A stretch of 64,000 nucleotides of DNA, from positions 248,001 through 312,000 of the forward strand of contig NMRA01000299.1 of the NCBI GenBank assembly GCA_002633005.1. The letters run 5' to 3'. The notes beneath the pieces were generated by a model. The model did no database searches. It saw nothing but the letters and a program-made list of their open reading frames with translations, and was not told the DNA's origin. This stretch comes from Phoronis australis (Eukaryota; Animalia; Phoronida). This document shows, piece after piece, positions 51,672-63,522 of this stretch. The translations under genes and the position numbers were made by a program. Every line of letters starts with the position of its first letter. Position 1 is the stretch's first letter.

Positions 51672-52505
51672 CTGGAAGAATAACAATTTTATTTCATCAT
51701 TAGTGGCAAATCAACAACTTCAAACACAAATGAATGAGACTGATTGTAGTGTTTCCTTGGACACAAATCTTAAATATTAAAAAAAGTAGAGAAGGTCCAA
51801 CAGATCACTTTTTGATGGTGAACATCGTAAAATTCAGTACAGCAGAAAATTTTTAGAAAATGTTAAGAACTTTATAATCAATGAAACTGTGGTGCTTAAG
51901 ACTGGACCTAGAACACCTGTTCACTTATAGTGCATTATGCTCTTGAAGTCAAGTTGTACTGGCATCTACTTAGTTTGCAGTACCCATCTTAGAAGACAAC
52001 CCGGCTACGACAGTGCAAAAGGAAAGGACATATAATTATAAATGCCCAAAAAAATTACACACAGCCTGGGTAGTTCTACTCGTCACCTCGTGAAATTTAT
52101 ATCAACATGTAGAATTAACGACCGGTGGGGGTGCATGCAAAATCTGGAGTCAACCGACACTCACCTTGTTCATTGCAGTAGAAAATAATCTAATTAATGT
52201 CATTATCTAGCATAATTTTCGACCTCACAAAGAAAAATCAGTCGAAAATGGTACGCTCGTGACACGTGCACATGTCATTTCCTAAAATTTTGTGACATCT
52301 TCTGGGGGATGATGACTGCTTCGCAGCAGCAAATTTTTGCACTAAAATTCGGTACACTGGCATAAAAATACTAAAAATATGTAGCGAAATGAAACCATAT
52401 ATCTTTGTAGCCTCGGCTCCCACAGATTTAGGCAAACTGACAGCAAACACAATTTCTGTAAATACCAACTAACAACAAAACATGCAGACTGCCAATTATG
52501 CTTAC

Positions 52506-52553
52506 TTAAGGGTTGGCTGGAACAATGACTGGGCACTTTCAATGTCGACGTTC
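52506..52553 (-). CDS. 48-nt phase-2 microexon (NVDIESAQSLFQPTLK)
   Basis: TTTTTTCAAG acceptor, GTAAGC donor. Confidence 0.75.
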
Positions 52554-52829
52554 CTTGAAAAAATTAAAGATTATATTACTACACCAACAGGGAAACAGTA
52601 ATGGTATTTCAATCAAGTATTTACATGTAAGTTGAAGTTTGATTGTAATTCTAACGATCTGCTAACGAATGGAAAGATTACGTGAGATGTACACACAGAT
52701 CGATGAGTCACAATTGAAACTGAGTGAATGCTTGCAAGACATTACAGGCCAACAGAATATTACCCAGTAAACAGACATAAACTACAGGGTGGGTGATAGT
52801 GGAAGGCACGTAATCTCTACATTCATTAA

Positions 52830-55800
52830 GTCAGGTAAGTCTTGTTTAATTTATCAATTCTAACTCACTGCTAACTTCACTTCAAGATTACATGAGAGTT
52901 CAAAGTTCTAAACAGAAGACTAAAATAATGTAAGTAGTTTATTAACACTGTCTGGGATGTATAACAACTACATGCAGACAACTACGCACAGATAGAGGCT
53001 ATTGGATTTGTAAGCATTTAAGCCAAGAGATAGGCTTGTTACTTTCTGAAAACACAATCAATACCCCCCAAGCACCAGTTTGTAGGATCTACTTAAAGAT
53101 CCAAACTACTAGCTTAACTGACTGCTGCAGCATGTGCACTGTGCAGAGTAAAAAAGGACATGTCATTGCTAGCCATTTTCTTATTCCACCTAGCGATAAT
53201 GTCTTTAGGCTTGGTATATGAAACAAACACCTGATTACAATTCTTTCGTAACCCAGTAGTACGCTAATGTACTCTTTGTAATAATTAACAATACACAACT
53301 TCTAGTTACGTGCATATGCTGGAAACCAACTGTAGTATTTTTAAGCAAATTATCAAAATGAAGTTATAAACAACAGGATTTTACACTAAAATTCCTAACA
53401 TCTAACAGAAACAATGATTGACCACACTGACCAGTTAGGAACCCCAGCAATGTAATCAATTTTTAAAAAAGTCTACAATTTTAAAGAAATGACTTTGGGA
53501 GGAGAAATAGATCTTAAAAAATTAAGTACTATACAAACATCCCAAGAAACAACTGTTTTAGGGATAGCTGGTCACAAGATGACACCTTTCAAAAATCTAA
53601 CGACTACAGGCAAACAAATCAATATCTGGGGTATCCCACTAAGCAGCTAAATGTTGAAAAATGTCAACATCAAACTTCCATACCACATCATCATATTTGC
53701 AGCTTTCATGATCAGCCACAACATTCAAACTCCCAGGAGGATAAGAAGCAGTAACCCAAATATCATGGTCTTTGCATCACAACAGTGCCTCGTGAGTGAT
53801 AGCCTTAAGTTCGAGCACCACACCTCATATGATTCAAGTATTGCATTCACCACTCTCTCTAGTACTGGGAGCAACAATGCCCTCACGGAACATAAGTCAG
53901 ATTAATTTGAAAAATAATTCACCTGAGGGCGGATCGCTGGGGCCAATTTATAAGGCAAAAATGGCTCCGCCTCGAATTCTAAACCAACCTCACGAATACA
54001 GTCACGGGGGGGGGTGCGAATGTACAATGCATGAGCCTTGAAAAAAAAACAAAAAAACGTTTTTCTTTTAGTAATAAGGTCCACAAACCCAAAAAAATCA
54101 AGACCCCGTACATCCCTACATTATAGCCTAAGCGCGTACATGAGGCGAAATTCTGGTTAATCCTGTGCCCTGGCCCCCCTAACTTAAAATCCTGGATCCA
54201 GAGATGACCAAAAGGTAAAATGATCAGCTCACTGACTGACACAAAACTCGATAGGAATACCATCGGATAGGGTAAGTAAACTACAACCTAATGTCAGTGT
54301 TAGATTTAAGTGTAGTATGGCTGATATTACGTATCTGTTTAAAGGTTTGTCGCTGGGTCGATGAGTGGGAACCAGCGCCTGGTTTCCTCATGTCATAAGG
54401 AAAGTAGTGGCAAGAGCTTGCACTGGTGCTGGTAGCAATGGCATGATCACATCCATTATCGCCCATTCCACAATATACGCGCCCAAACTGCGTGTAACGT
54501 GGCCCACTGGGGTACGTCGAGTAGGGAGCACAATTGCCGAGCGACGCTGCATCACTAACATTTCTTAACTTAGGTGGCAAGATCTTCACCAAACAATTGA
54601 CCTATCACCAGGACTTTGAGTGATCAACTTCACTGACCAATCAGAATGCACTCTTGACACACATTTGTTTCTAAATCGCCATTTTACCCGACAAACAACA
54701 TGTTGCCGGGTATAACTTATTGTTTGTTAATCAACTTTTCGCAAGGGGGCGGAACCTGCAGTAGGTCAATTGTGAGCTTTCCTTTTCCACAGTGTTACAC
54801 AGCAAATGGATTCCCGCCGTCCCTGGTTCAGTTCAATGTTGGCATCGCCCAGGAACATGAGTGCCTCCAACGCCAACCATTTCAAACTTGCACATTCCGT
54901 TACCGGCCCTCGTAGTTGTTCGGCGAGGGCAATGATGGGGGCTGCCACAGAGAGTAAGGGCGGCAACAAATGCTGCAACCTGACATCCATTGCCTTGGTA
55001 GTTAGCCGTAGGCAATATCACAACTCACTATTTACTTTCGCTGCCGAGATGGGTACAATATTTGGCCGTTTGTGTTTGTTACATAAATCTTTCACTTTGT
55101 TGTCACCCAGTTTCATGGTGAACAGGGAAGTAGTCACAATGGCCAACTTCTCCGCGACTGGCGGGTCCACGCCAGCGACTTCGTCGATATAGGCTGCGAT
55201 TTTGTCAAGAAAAACGTCCGAGCCATCTGCACTCGTCAGCTGGAGATCAGCACAAAGGCTGTGACCTCCTCTCCCTGCACCAACTCGCCAGGTTACAAAA
55301 CCTCGAAGGAGCAATTATCAAGTGGGCCTTCAGGTACGGGCATATGCGACACCAAAACCGACTTGATTAGGTCTGTCAACTGAGCTTTGAAGGCCTCACT
55401 CATGCCCTTTCAAAGGGTGGCCTTAAAGAGAAATGTCAGTAAGCTTAACTTTAACAGCCTTGTCAGGTTCAGATTTGTTTAGAGACTTTACTACTTTGGA
55501 CTTTTTGCTGTCTTTTGACACAGGTTCCACAGTTCATGAGACACAACGAGAGTGTAGGTCTGAATGCAGAATCACAAGTAACAAAAGTTCAAGCAGCCGA
55601 TACAAAGGTACAGCACCACTGGCAAGCTCATTCATGATTGGCAGTGCCAAACCAAAGTTCCGTCACAAGCGCAAGCAGTAAGCACTATTGTTTGACCTAA
55701 TTAAGGACATGACAAGGAAACGCGAAGGGAATTCCCGCTAAACGGTGAACAGACGCCAAAGGCTTAGCAAAACAAAGCCACCATTACGTGACAAGATTGG

Positions 55801-56270
55801 AGAATTCCAGTACTCGATGACTCCTGCTTCCAGCAGAACAAGACCATGGTCAAGCACTGAGTACAGCATGGAACAAAGACCACGGTTAAGCACATAGTAC
55901 AGTGCAGACCAAAGCATTCAGGAAACTCAACTAGGAAAAGAGGCATACGTGGTCAAAAACACCTGCAATAGTATCGCCCATGCTGCAAAATATCACAGGC
56001 ACGTACCAAAAGTTAACTTTGTCACACAGACTGCAAATCGGTAAACCGTCAAATACGGAATAAAAATATATTAATAAAGAACAGAAAGTCAACAATTGCT
56101 AATAGTTAACTATGACACGCAGAGACAAAGCAATGCTAGTGGAAATAAAAGCGAAAACACAAGAGTTACGAAAACTTGTCTTAACATCAACAGAATCCAC
56201 ACACTAATCATCTGCCAGCGCATCTCATGTAATCTCGAAGTGAAGTTAGCAATGAGTTAGAATCGAAGTT
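52830..56270 (-). mobile_element. Degenerate DIRS-like retrotransposon with inverted terminal repeats
   Basis: 52857-52897 is inverted relative to 56223-56263. YR remnant at about 53000-53450; gag-like LCNKHKRPN..KVNSEL and LMFLGDANIELNQGRRESI at 54800-55200. Confidence 0.75.
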
Positions 56271-56788
56271 TTATTTAAATCTGCCCATAAGGGAATGCAG
56301 AAAAACTGAAAGAGTATCTTGGTTGGACAGCACTACTATAATAATCAAGTTAGTGGGTGTTATCATTTCATTAAAAAATGCAGATTCTACTACATTCCAT
56401 TAATATCTGTGGAGATCAAGAGGCAACAGCAAAAGTACCACAAGGGGGCATAGCACTAGTGATGATTGTGCAAACATTAACCAAGATTTGGAAAACTGAG
56501 AGGAGGATACCAAAAACAAACATTAAAAACTGTCGTTAAGGGATGCACAATTGGTTAAATTCACTTACGGATGGACGACTGTTGTTCCCATTTTTCTGTA
56601 GCCGTAGTTTATGAAAATCTATCAAGGAATTTAAGAAAGGCAGGCGCAAAAAATAATGTCTTGAGGGGAGCAGCAACAACCAGATGCTTCCAAAAATCAA
56701 ATGAGAGGATAATTTTATTCAGCTTAGCCCAAACTCCTAAGAGCAATTGATTTCTCATCAATCTGGCGACATATTGTAGGTTACTCAC

Positions 56789-56815
56789 TCTTCGAACTCA
56801 TCTTCTGATACAAGT
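56789..56815 (-). CDS. 27-nt phase-2 microexon (LVSEDEFEE)
   Basis: GTTTGCTTTCAG acceptor, GTGAGT donor. Confidence 0.75.
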
Positions 56816-57222
56816 CTGAAAGCAAACATAGAACAAGAAGTAGTAATTTGCATGTTACTTGACTGTTTTGACAATGTGAGGATCCCAACTGTTCCTATAA
56901 AAATACAGTACTTAAACTTACACTTCCAAACTTTCAAGTAATAGTTTACCACTCTCTTCATGATAATTTATATACAATGGCATCATCACAACATGGACTT
57001 CAAATCACAGGGTTTCTGATAAACTTGGTGTTTAGGCATGCTAAGAATGTCTCTCAGTCAAACAGAACAAATAATGTCCATGATGACATAAGGTTAAAGA
57101 CAGTTCTTGACTCCAGCCAGGAAATCCTAACATCATAAACTATTATGAGAGAAACAACCCATTTCCTAGGATATTTGAGATTCATGCACAATATTAAAGA
57201 TGATTTATTTAATTGTACCTAC

Positions 57223-57246
57223 CCCAGTGAATTATACGCCAACTCC
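57223..57246 (-). CDS. 24-nt phase-2 microexon (ELAYNSLG)
   Basis: CTTCTGTTTTCAG acceptor, GG|GTAGGT donor. Confidence 0.7.
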
Positions 57247-58068
57247 CTGAAAACAGAAGAATAACATCAAGATTACGTTTGGTTTAACCAGACTTAACCA
57301 TGTAAAAACAAGCTCTCCATCTCCCTCTGCCTTTCCCAGTCACTCTACACAAACAGCTAAATCTAAAAAATTAATAGACCATAAGGACACAAAATGCTTT
57401 GCCCAAAATGATCTGCTGAAGCACACCAACTTATAGAACCTGATCAAGAGCAATGATTGACCGTCTGTTCTTTCCAGCACCAGATACCATATTTGATTTT
57501 GATAAGGAGCAAGCTGAGGCCAATCTTACAAGAGTAAAAGTGGTCTCAATCAAAAGCCAGTTATTGCAATGGTCAATTAAAAGGCATTTTGAACCTGACT
57601 TCTGTAAAAAAATAACTTTTGGTTTACTCTACTTAGTTTATAATAACTAGACTCAACTTAGGGAGAACCTGTAAATTTGTTATTGCTTGCCACCATGCTC
57701 GGATAAGTCAACTTATTGAGTTTGTCAAGCCCAGAAATAACGTCCAAGTTGGGATCCATTTGAAACTAGTTTTTTAGTAAGCACCCGAATGGAAAGTGTT
57801 GAAATGCACCCACAACTGCACAAGAAATGCTATGCTAAAGCCTTGTAGACGTGTTTATTGGTTGCATAAAAATGGAAGTAGGTGGCACAGAATACATCGA
57901 CCCCGTTAAAAAATTGGAAGGCAAAGTCATCTCCATATACAAAAGATATTGCCAACTTAGATGAAAATCCACCCAGAAATTTAAAAAAATAAAATTATAT
58001 CTTCCAATTTTCACTATGATCCTTCAAGTGGTTTGACAAATAGAGAAGCAGATGCCAAAAAATATAAC

Positions 58069-59872
58069 ACAAGAGCAACGCAGAGCATTGAAATGCGCCC
58101 ACAATTGCACCGTATACGGTATCCTTCTAGGGTTGTTTATTGGTACCATAAAGTGGCCAGTAGAGGGCATATATGTAGTATGTTGTACTTTGCAAAATGG
58201 AAAGGCATGGTCATTGTCTCCTTAATAGGCTAGGGGCAAAATGTGAGTGATCTTCATAATACAAGCACATCCTATACATCAGTTGCTTAAAGCACCACAG
58301 AAACATAGAATTAAAAACAAATTTACCAACATACGAGATTAGCACAGCATTAGAATGCCAGAAACAAATTTCTACTTGGAACTTTTCCTTCATAGTCACG
58401 AAGCAACACAAAGTATACACCTGAAGACCTATGAAAATNATACACTTATTAAATTTCGTAAAGATCCTGCGAACGGTTTAGGAGATACAGCCATGGGCGC
58501 AAAAAAAAACTGCCACTAGGAGGCGCCACAGTAATCAAAGTCATGGGAAATTCAGCATCAACCGTCCTCTTCAAAAACAGTAAAAATGGCCACTGGGTGT
58601 CGCAAACTAGGTCGAATCCATCCGAAAACGGGAGGATAGCGTCATCGCACTAATAGGTGCCTACATACCAAATTTCATGAAAATCCGTTAAAGACTTGTG
58701 AAGATAGAGGTAAACATAAAAAAATAAAATTGCCACTAGGGGGCACACTGGTAGGCGGATCCGTCCAAAAGTCGTCGTCTGTTGTTAACATCATATAAAT
58801 ACACTTATTAAATTTCGTAAAGATCCTGCGAACGGTTTAGGAGATATAGCCATAGGCGCAAAAAAAAACTGCCACTAGGAGGCGCCACAGTAGTCCAAAT
58901 CGTCTGAAAATCATTGTCAGCTGTCCTCATTATAGTTAGCACATACATGCCAATTTTCACAATCATCCTTTGAGCGGTTTGGTTGATAGAGGAGTTGACG
59001 CAAAAATACAGACTCGAAAACAGTAAAAATGGCCACTAGGTGCGCAAACTACGTTGAATCCATCCGAAAACGGGTGGATAGCGTCATCTCACTAATAGAT
59101 GCCTACATATTAAATTTCATGAATATTCCGTTAAGGACTTTTAAAGATACAAAGGTAAACATAAAAAAATAAAATTGCCACTAGGGGGCACACTGGTAGT
59201 CGGATCCGTAAAAATGTCGTCATCTTCCGTTGTTAACATCATATAAATATACTTACACAATTTCGTAAAGATCCTGTGAACGGTTTAGGAGATACAGCCA
59301 TAGGCGCAAAAAGAAAACAAAACTGCCACTAGGAGGCGCCTCAGTAGTTGAAATCGTCGGAAAATCATCTTCAACCGTCCTCTACATAGTAAGCATATAC
59401 ATGCCAACTTTCACAATCATCCTTTGAGCGGTTTGGTTGATAGAGGGGTGGACGCACAAAAAGACTCGAAAACACTAAAAATGGCCACTACGTGGCGCAA
59501 ACTATGTCGAATCCATCTGAAAACGGGAGGATAGCGTCATCTCACTAATAGGTGCCTACATACCAAATTTCATGAAAATCCGTTCAGGACTTTTGAAGAT
59601 ACAAAGGTAAGCATAAAAAACTAAAATTGCTACTAGGGGGCACACCGGTACTCTGATCCGTCGGAAAGTTTGCACATGCCGTCCCATTCATGAATGGAAC
59701 ATGTGCCAAATTTCATGAACGTATGTCAAAGGGTTTTGGACACAAAGCAGCGGGCCCCGGACGCCGGACGGACGCCGGACGGACGCCGGACGGACGCCGC
59801 CCGGACAGACGGACGGACGGACGGAGATGACGGCATAATGCGTCCACATATAAATATGTGGGCGCATAAAAA
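58069..59872 (+). mobile_element. Helentron/HINE-like element (best-preserved copy)
   Basis: ACAAGAGCAACGCAGAGC start with internal ATGCGCCCAC. About 445-bp higher-order repeat of three ~150-bp subunits. (GGAC)n microsatellite and terminal hairpin ATGCGTCCACATA-TAAA-TATGTGGGCGCAT. Confidence 0.8.
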
Positions 59873-60196
59873 GTGGGGGATGGGCAATTACACAGTGGGC
59901 ACTAACACTGAAATCTGGAAAAAGCCGGAGGTGAGCGATTACCTGGACATTGGCGTTAAGAATAAGTATGGATGCCATTTGCTCTGGGGCAACATAACTT
60001 GACACAGGTGTATCAACTTACACCTACCTTATCGAGGTAGAGTAACTCATTCTAAGTAACTCGTATATGGCCTAGTTTATAGAAGATGCATTTGTCGCAG
60101 CTTCAATACTCATACAGAATTTTCACAGAAGCTCTCATCCAAAACTTCTGAAAAATTTTGTTATAAACTTGCTAATCAGAAACATCATTATCATAC

Positions 60197-60250
60197 CTGT
60201 TTTTAACAGTTTCACTTGCTTCCAATAAGGAAACTTTTTCCACATTTTGC
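60197..60250 (-). CDS. 54-nt phase-2 exon (QNVEKVSLLEASETVKNR)
   Basis: GTTTCAG acceptor, CAG|GTATGA donor, open frame. Confidence 0.6.
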
Positions 60251-61279
60251 CTGAAACGTATTCAAATAATCAACATGAGTGACGCAAACCGATAAACTCC
60301 ATAATAATATTACAATAAATGCAAATTAACTTCAACCAATGCTCATGCCGTCCTCTCAGTAGCAGGTGAGCTTGTTTACATGAGATACTAGGAACCAGGA
60401 GGAGTTGCCAATCGTTTCTTCAAATAGATACAGTAAGCTTGTTTTATTCCTGTTTGAGAGGGAGGACAAAGTTAAGATTTCGAATATGGCCCAACATGGA
60501 ATTTAATAAAATTGTCCTGAATTTCTTGTCATATCTAGTTCTTACTTGTGACACGTGCACAAACCAGGCTAAAATTTTGCAATATCTCTCAGGAGTTACA
60601 ACTAAAAATGTGTAACAAAATGAATCAGTTCTGATTGTAATGACATGTATGTAATCTTGAAAAAAGACGAATAGGTGATTGAACAATCGGGAAATTGGCC
60701 AATAGGTAATGCAATGGCGCCGAAAGCCGACTCAAAAGAGGCCACCACAATTTTAGGAGCAAAAGAATGGTAGAACGCCAATTGTTCGAACATCGGTAAC
60801 TAGTTAAGTTAACTCCAAGAAAAATTTTAGTTTTTAATGACATCATTAATTTTGGCAGCAACAGGCCCGCAGAATTATAAACGCAATGGAGGAGGGAGTG
60901 AAAATATGCCAACTGACTGACGCCACCCAGGTTGTTGAGCTGACAGACTGACATCACCAAGGCCAGTATGAAATGGGCCAGTCTCCACCCATGTCTGCAA
61001 AAAATGGCCAACGAGAAAAAATAGAACACCTGCAATCTGAATAGAGGGCCGGTGAACTACCTGGGAGTCCAAAGCTGTGCCAAAACGGGTGCAGCGAAGG
61101 TCTGTTGGCGCATAAAAAGGAGGTCCTAGAACACTGTTTCAAAACTAATTTAACAATGAAGATTTTTGGATATGTCAAAGACTAATTCTCAGAACACAAA
61201 TAACAGAAATGTATGTGAAACTTACTTTGACTGAAAATGACAGAAACTAAAACACAAAACCAATCTTAAGCTCATTTAA

Positions 61280-63229
61280 AGGAGAATGCCACCAAAAAGC
61301 AACCTAGTTTGTATCAATTTAGATCGAGTAGTTCCACTCGGTAGCAGCAAGTACAGCTCTTTTACCTGACACCTGACAGCAGACGGAGGTGTTGAAATTA
61401 ACCAGTGACGTCAGAGGTTCGAATGCAGTCTGTTCAGCAGTTCACAACACACTTACTGGTGTCAGCTAATCGCTTGAATTCATCGTTTTACACCAATAAA
61501 TTATCAAAATTCGATGTAAATCGCTTACAAACACATCGAGTTATTGAACAAACATGCTTTTTATTTCGCTATTATGGAATTTTAGGTATTTGAACGTACC
61601 GTAGCCTACAAAGTTCGGTAGGCCTAGTTACCAAGGTCAGTCACGGGAGTTTGGGGTCTGTTCAGTGATAAATTCAAATTATTCGTTCATCAAATACAGA
61701 CAGGAGAACATAGCTGTGTGTTGTAATTTTAGACTTGCAATTTTTTTCAGTTCTAAACACACAAAACGCTTGTTATCCCAGCCAGTGACTCGGAACCCAA
61801 TCAGGCCCATCGCGGCCGGACTGAAGACATCACGAACATAAACCATCAAAAGTTGGAAACTAAACTTCTAGTCACGAAAAGACTATACTAGTGAGCGAAA
61901 GAAAATGTGATTATTTTGGTGAATTAGTCGCGAAACTGCAAATCAACTTACTACCTCCTCGGGGGCCGCAACATCAGGTTATCCTTCCACAGAACCGTCA
62001 TGGCAAAAGTAGCACAGTAACTAAGATTCGAATAATGTATATTAATTTTTAATATGAATATCTAAATAAAGATTCCCCTAATGTCTGGACATAGGATATA
62101 AAATCATGTTATTGTTTCACAACAACCTTCTGTCAGCAAACACTGAATTAGCATGCACTCACATGGCCTCAATGCTTGGTCAATTAGTTTATGGCATCTA
62201 AAGCCGGTAACGCAGTGATTTATTCAATGCTGGCTTCTCAAAACATTTGCACTCACGAATGCTGCAAAGGCATTACAAATTGTATCTAATGAGACAGACT
62301 TTGTTTCAGGTTTATATAAGCATAGGTTAGGGTGAAAATAATTCATTTTGAAACAGAATGCACAATATATAAACGTCAACTTGACTACTCGCACTCCCTA
62401 CTTAGACGAGTGCCCAACGAAGACTTCACAGCTCGATTGCTAGGTTTCACAGGCTATCAGTTCGAACCCGAATACACTGATCAAGAAATAATAGAGAGGC
62501 TCCGTGAACGTGCACAGACAACGGAACACATGGATAGTTCCGAAAACTGTTTGAATGACTTGTCATGGTGTCAGTGAGCTAACTGCATGATAATGGAAAT
62601 GACTGACGTTTCCGTTTGATGCCACAAAATTCCGCAGGTGAAACGCCTTCTTCAGTAGAGAAGCGCAGATGTCTCACAGACCATCCTGATTTTGCACCGC
62701 ATCTAAACAGAGGTGTGCTTACAACAATTTTTAGAGAGTGAGAAAAAGAACTGGCGAAATCATCCTACACTCAGAGGACCAAACAGAAGCCTCACAAACG
62801 AGTCAGTCATCAAACAGGTTAACACGGCACCTCTCAGCGAGGTAAGATCGACCCTATACAAGGTGATGTGTATACAGACCGATTAAGACCATAAAAAACA
62901 CTATAGTCTTTTCGTGACTAGAAGTTTAGTTTCCAACTTTTGATGGTTTATGTTCGTGATGTCTTCAGTCCGGCCGCGATGGGCCTGATTGGGTTCCGAG
63001 TCACTGGCTGGGATAACAAGCGTTTTGTGTGTTTAGAACTGAAAAAAATTGCAAGTCTAAAATTACAACACACAGCTATGTTCTCCTGTCTGTATTTGAT
63101 GAACGAATAATTTGAATTTATCACTGAACAGACCCCNTAGTAAGTTGATTTGCAGTTTCGCGACTAATTCACCAAAATAATCACATTTTCTTTCGCTCAC
63201 TAGTTAATTAAATCGGGTGGCATTCTCCT
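61280..63229 (+). mobile_element. Kolobok derivative, second copy, inverted relative to 41089-42521, with KolX remnant
   Basis: TTAA|AGGAGAATGCCACC ... GGTGGCATTCTCCT|TTAA. GYQFEPEYTDQE..WCQ*ANC..CHKIPQV..CLTDHPDF at 62450-62700. Confidence 0.8.
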
Positions 63230-63522
63230 TTAAGCATACTGTTGTCAGGTCAGATCAAGAATCAAATTTGTGGAAATTTACACAAACTTTCTAGCTTAAA
63301 ATGGCAAATCTAATTGTGAAAAGAAAATACAAGGTCCAATTTAAATGAAAATACTTCACTGAAATCTCAGTGATGAGTAACAAATGACTTGAATTTATAA
63401 GAATAGAATTATGGTGCATTATATAAGAGAACACTGAGAGTGAGATCACCTATGTGGCCGTGAGGGAGTCAGCAGACTACTATGAATATAAGTGCTACAA
63501 TTCCTTTTATTACCACACTTAC

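Noticed and set aside
54700-55192. Plus-strand ORFs up to 128 aa
   Set aside because: Antisense shadows of the degenerate DIRS gag-like region.
59688-60005. ORFs on both strands of about 100 aa
   Set aside because: They arise from the stop-poor GGAC microsatellite end of the HINE-like repeat.
60028-60051. Possible 24-nt phase-2 microexon (MSYSTSIR)
   Set aside because: Fits length and phase but has a poor pyrimidine tract; left uncalled.
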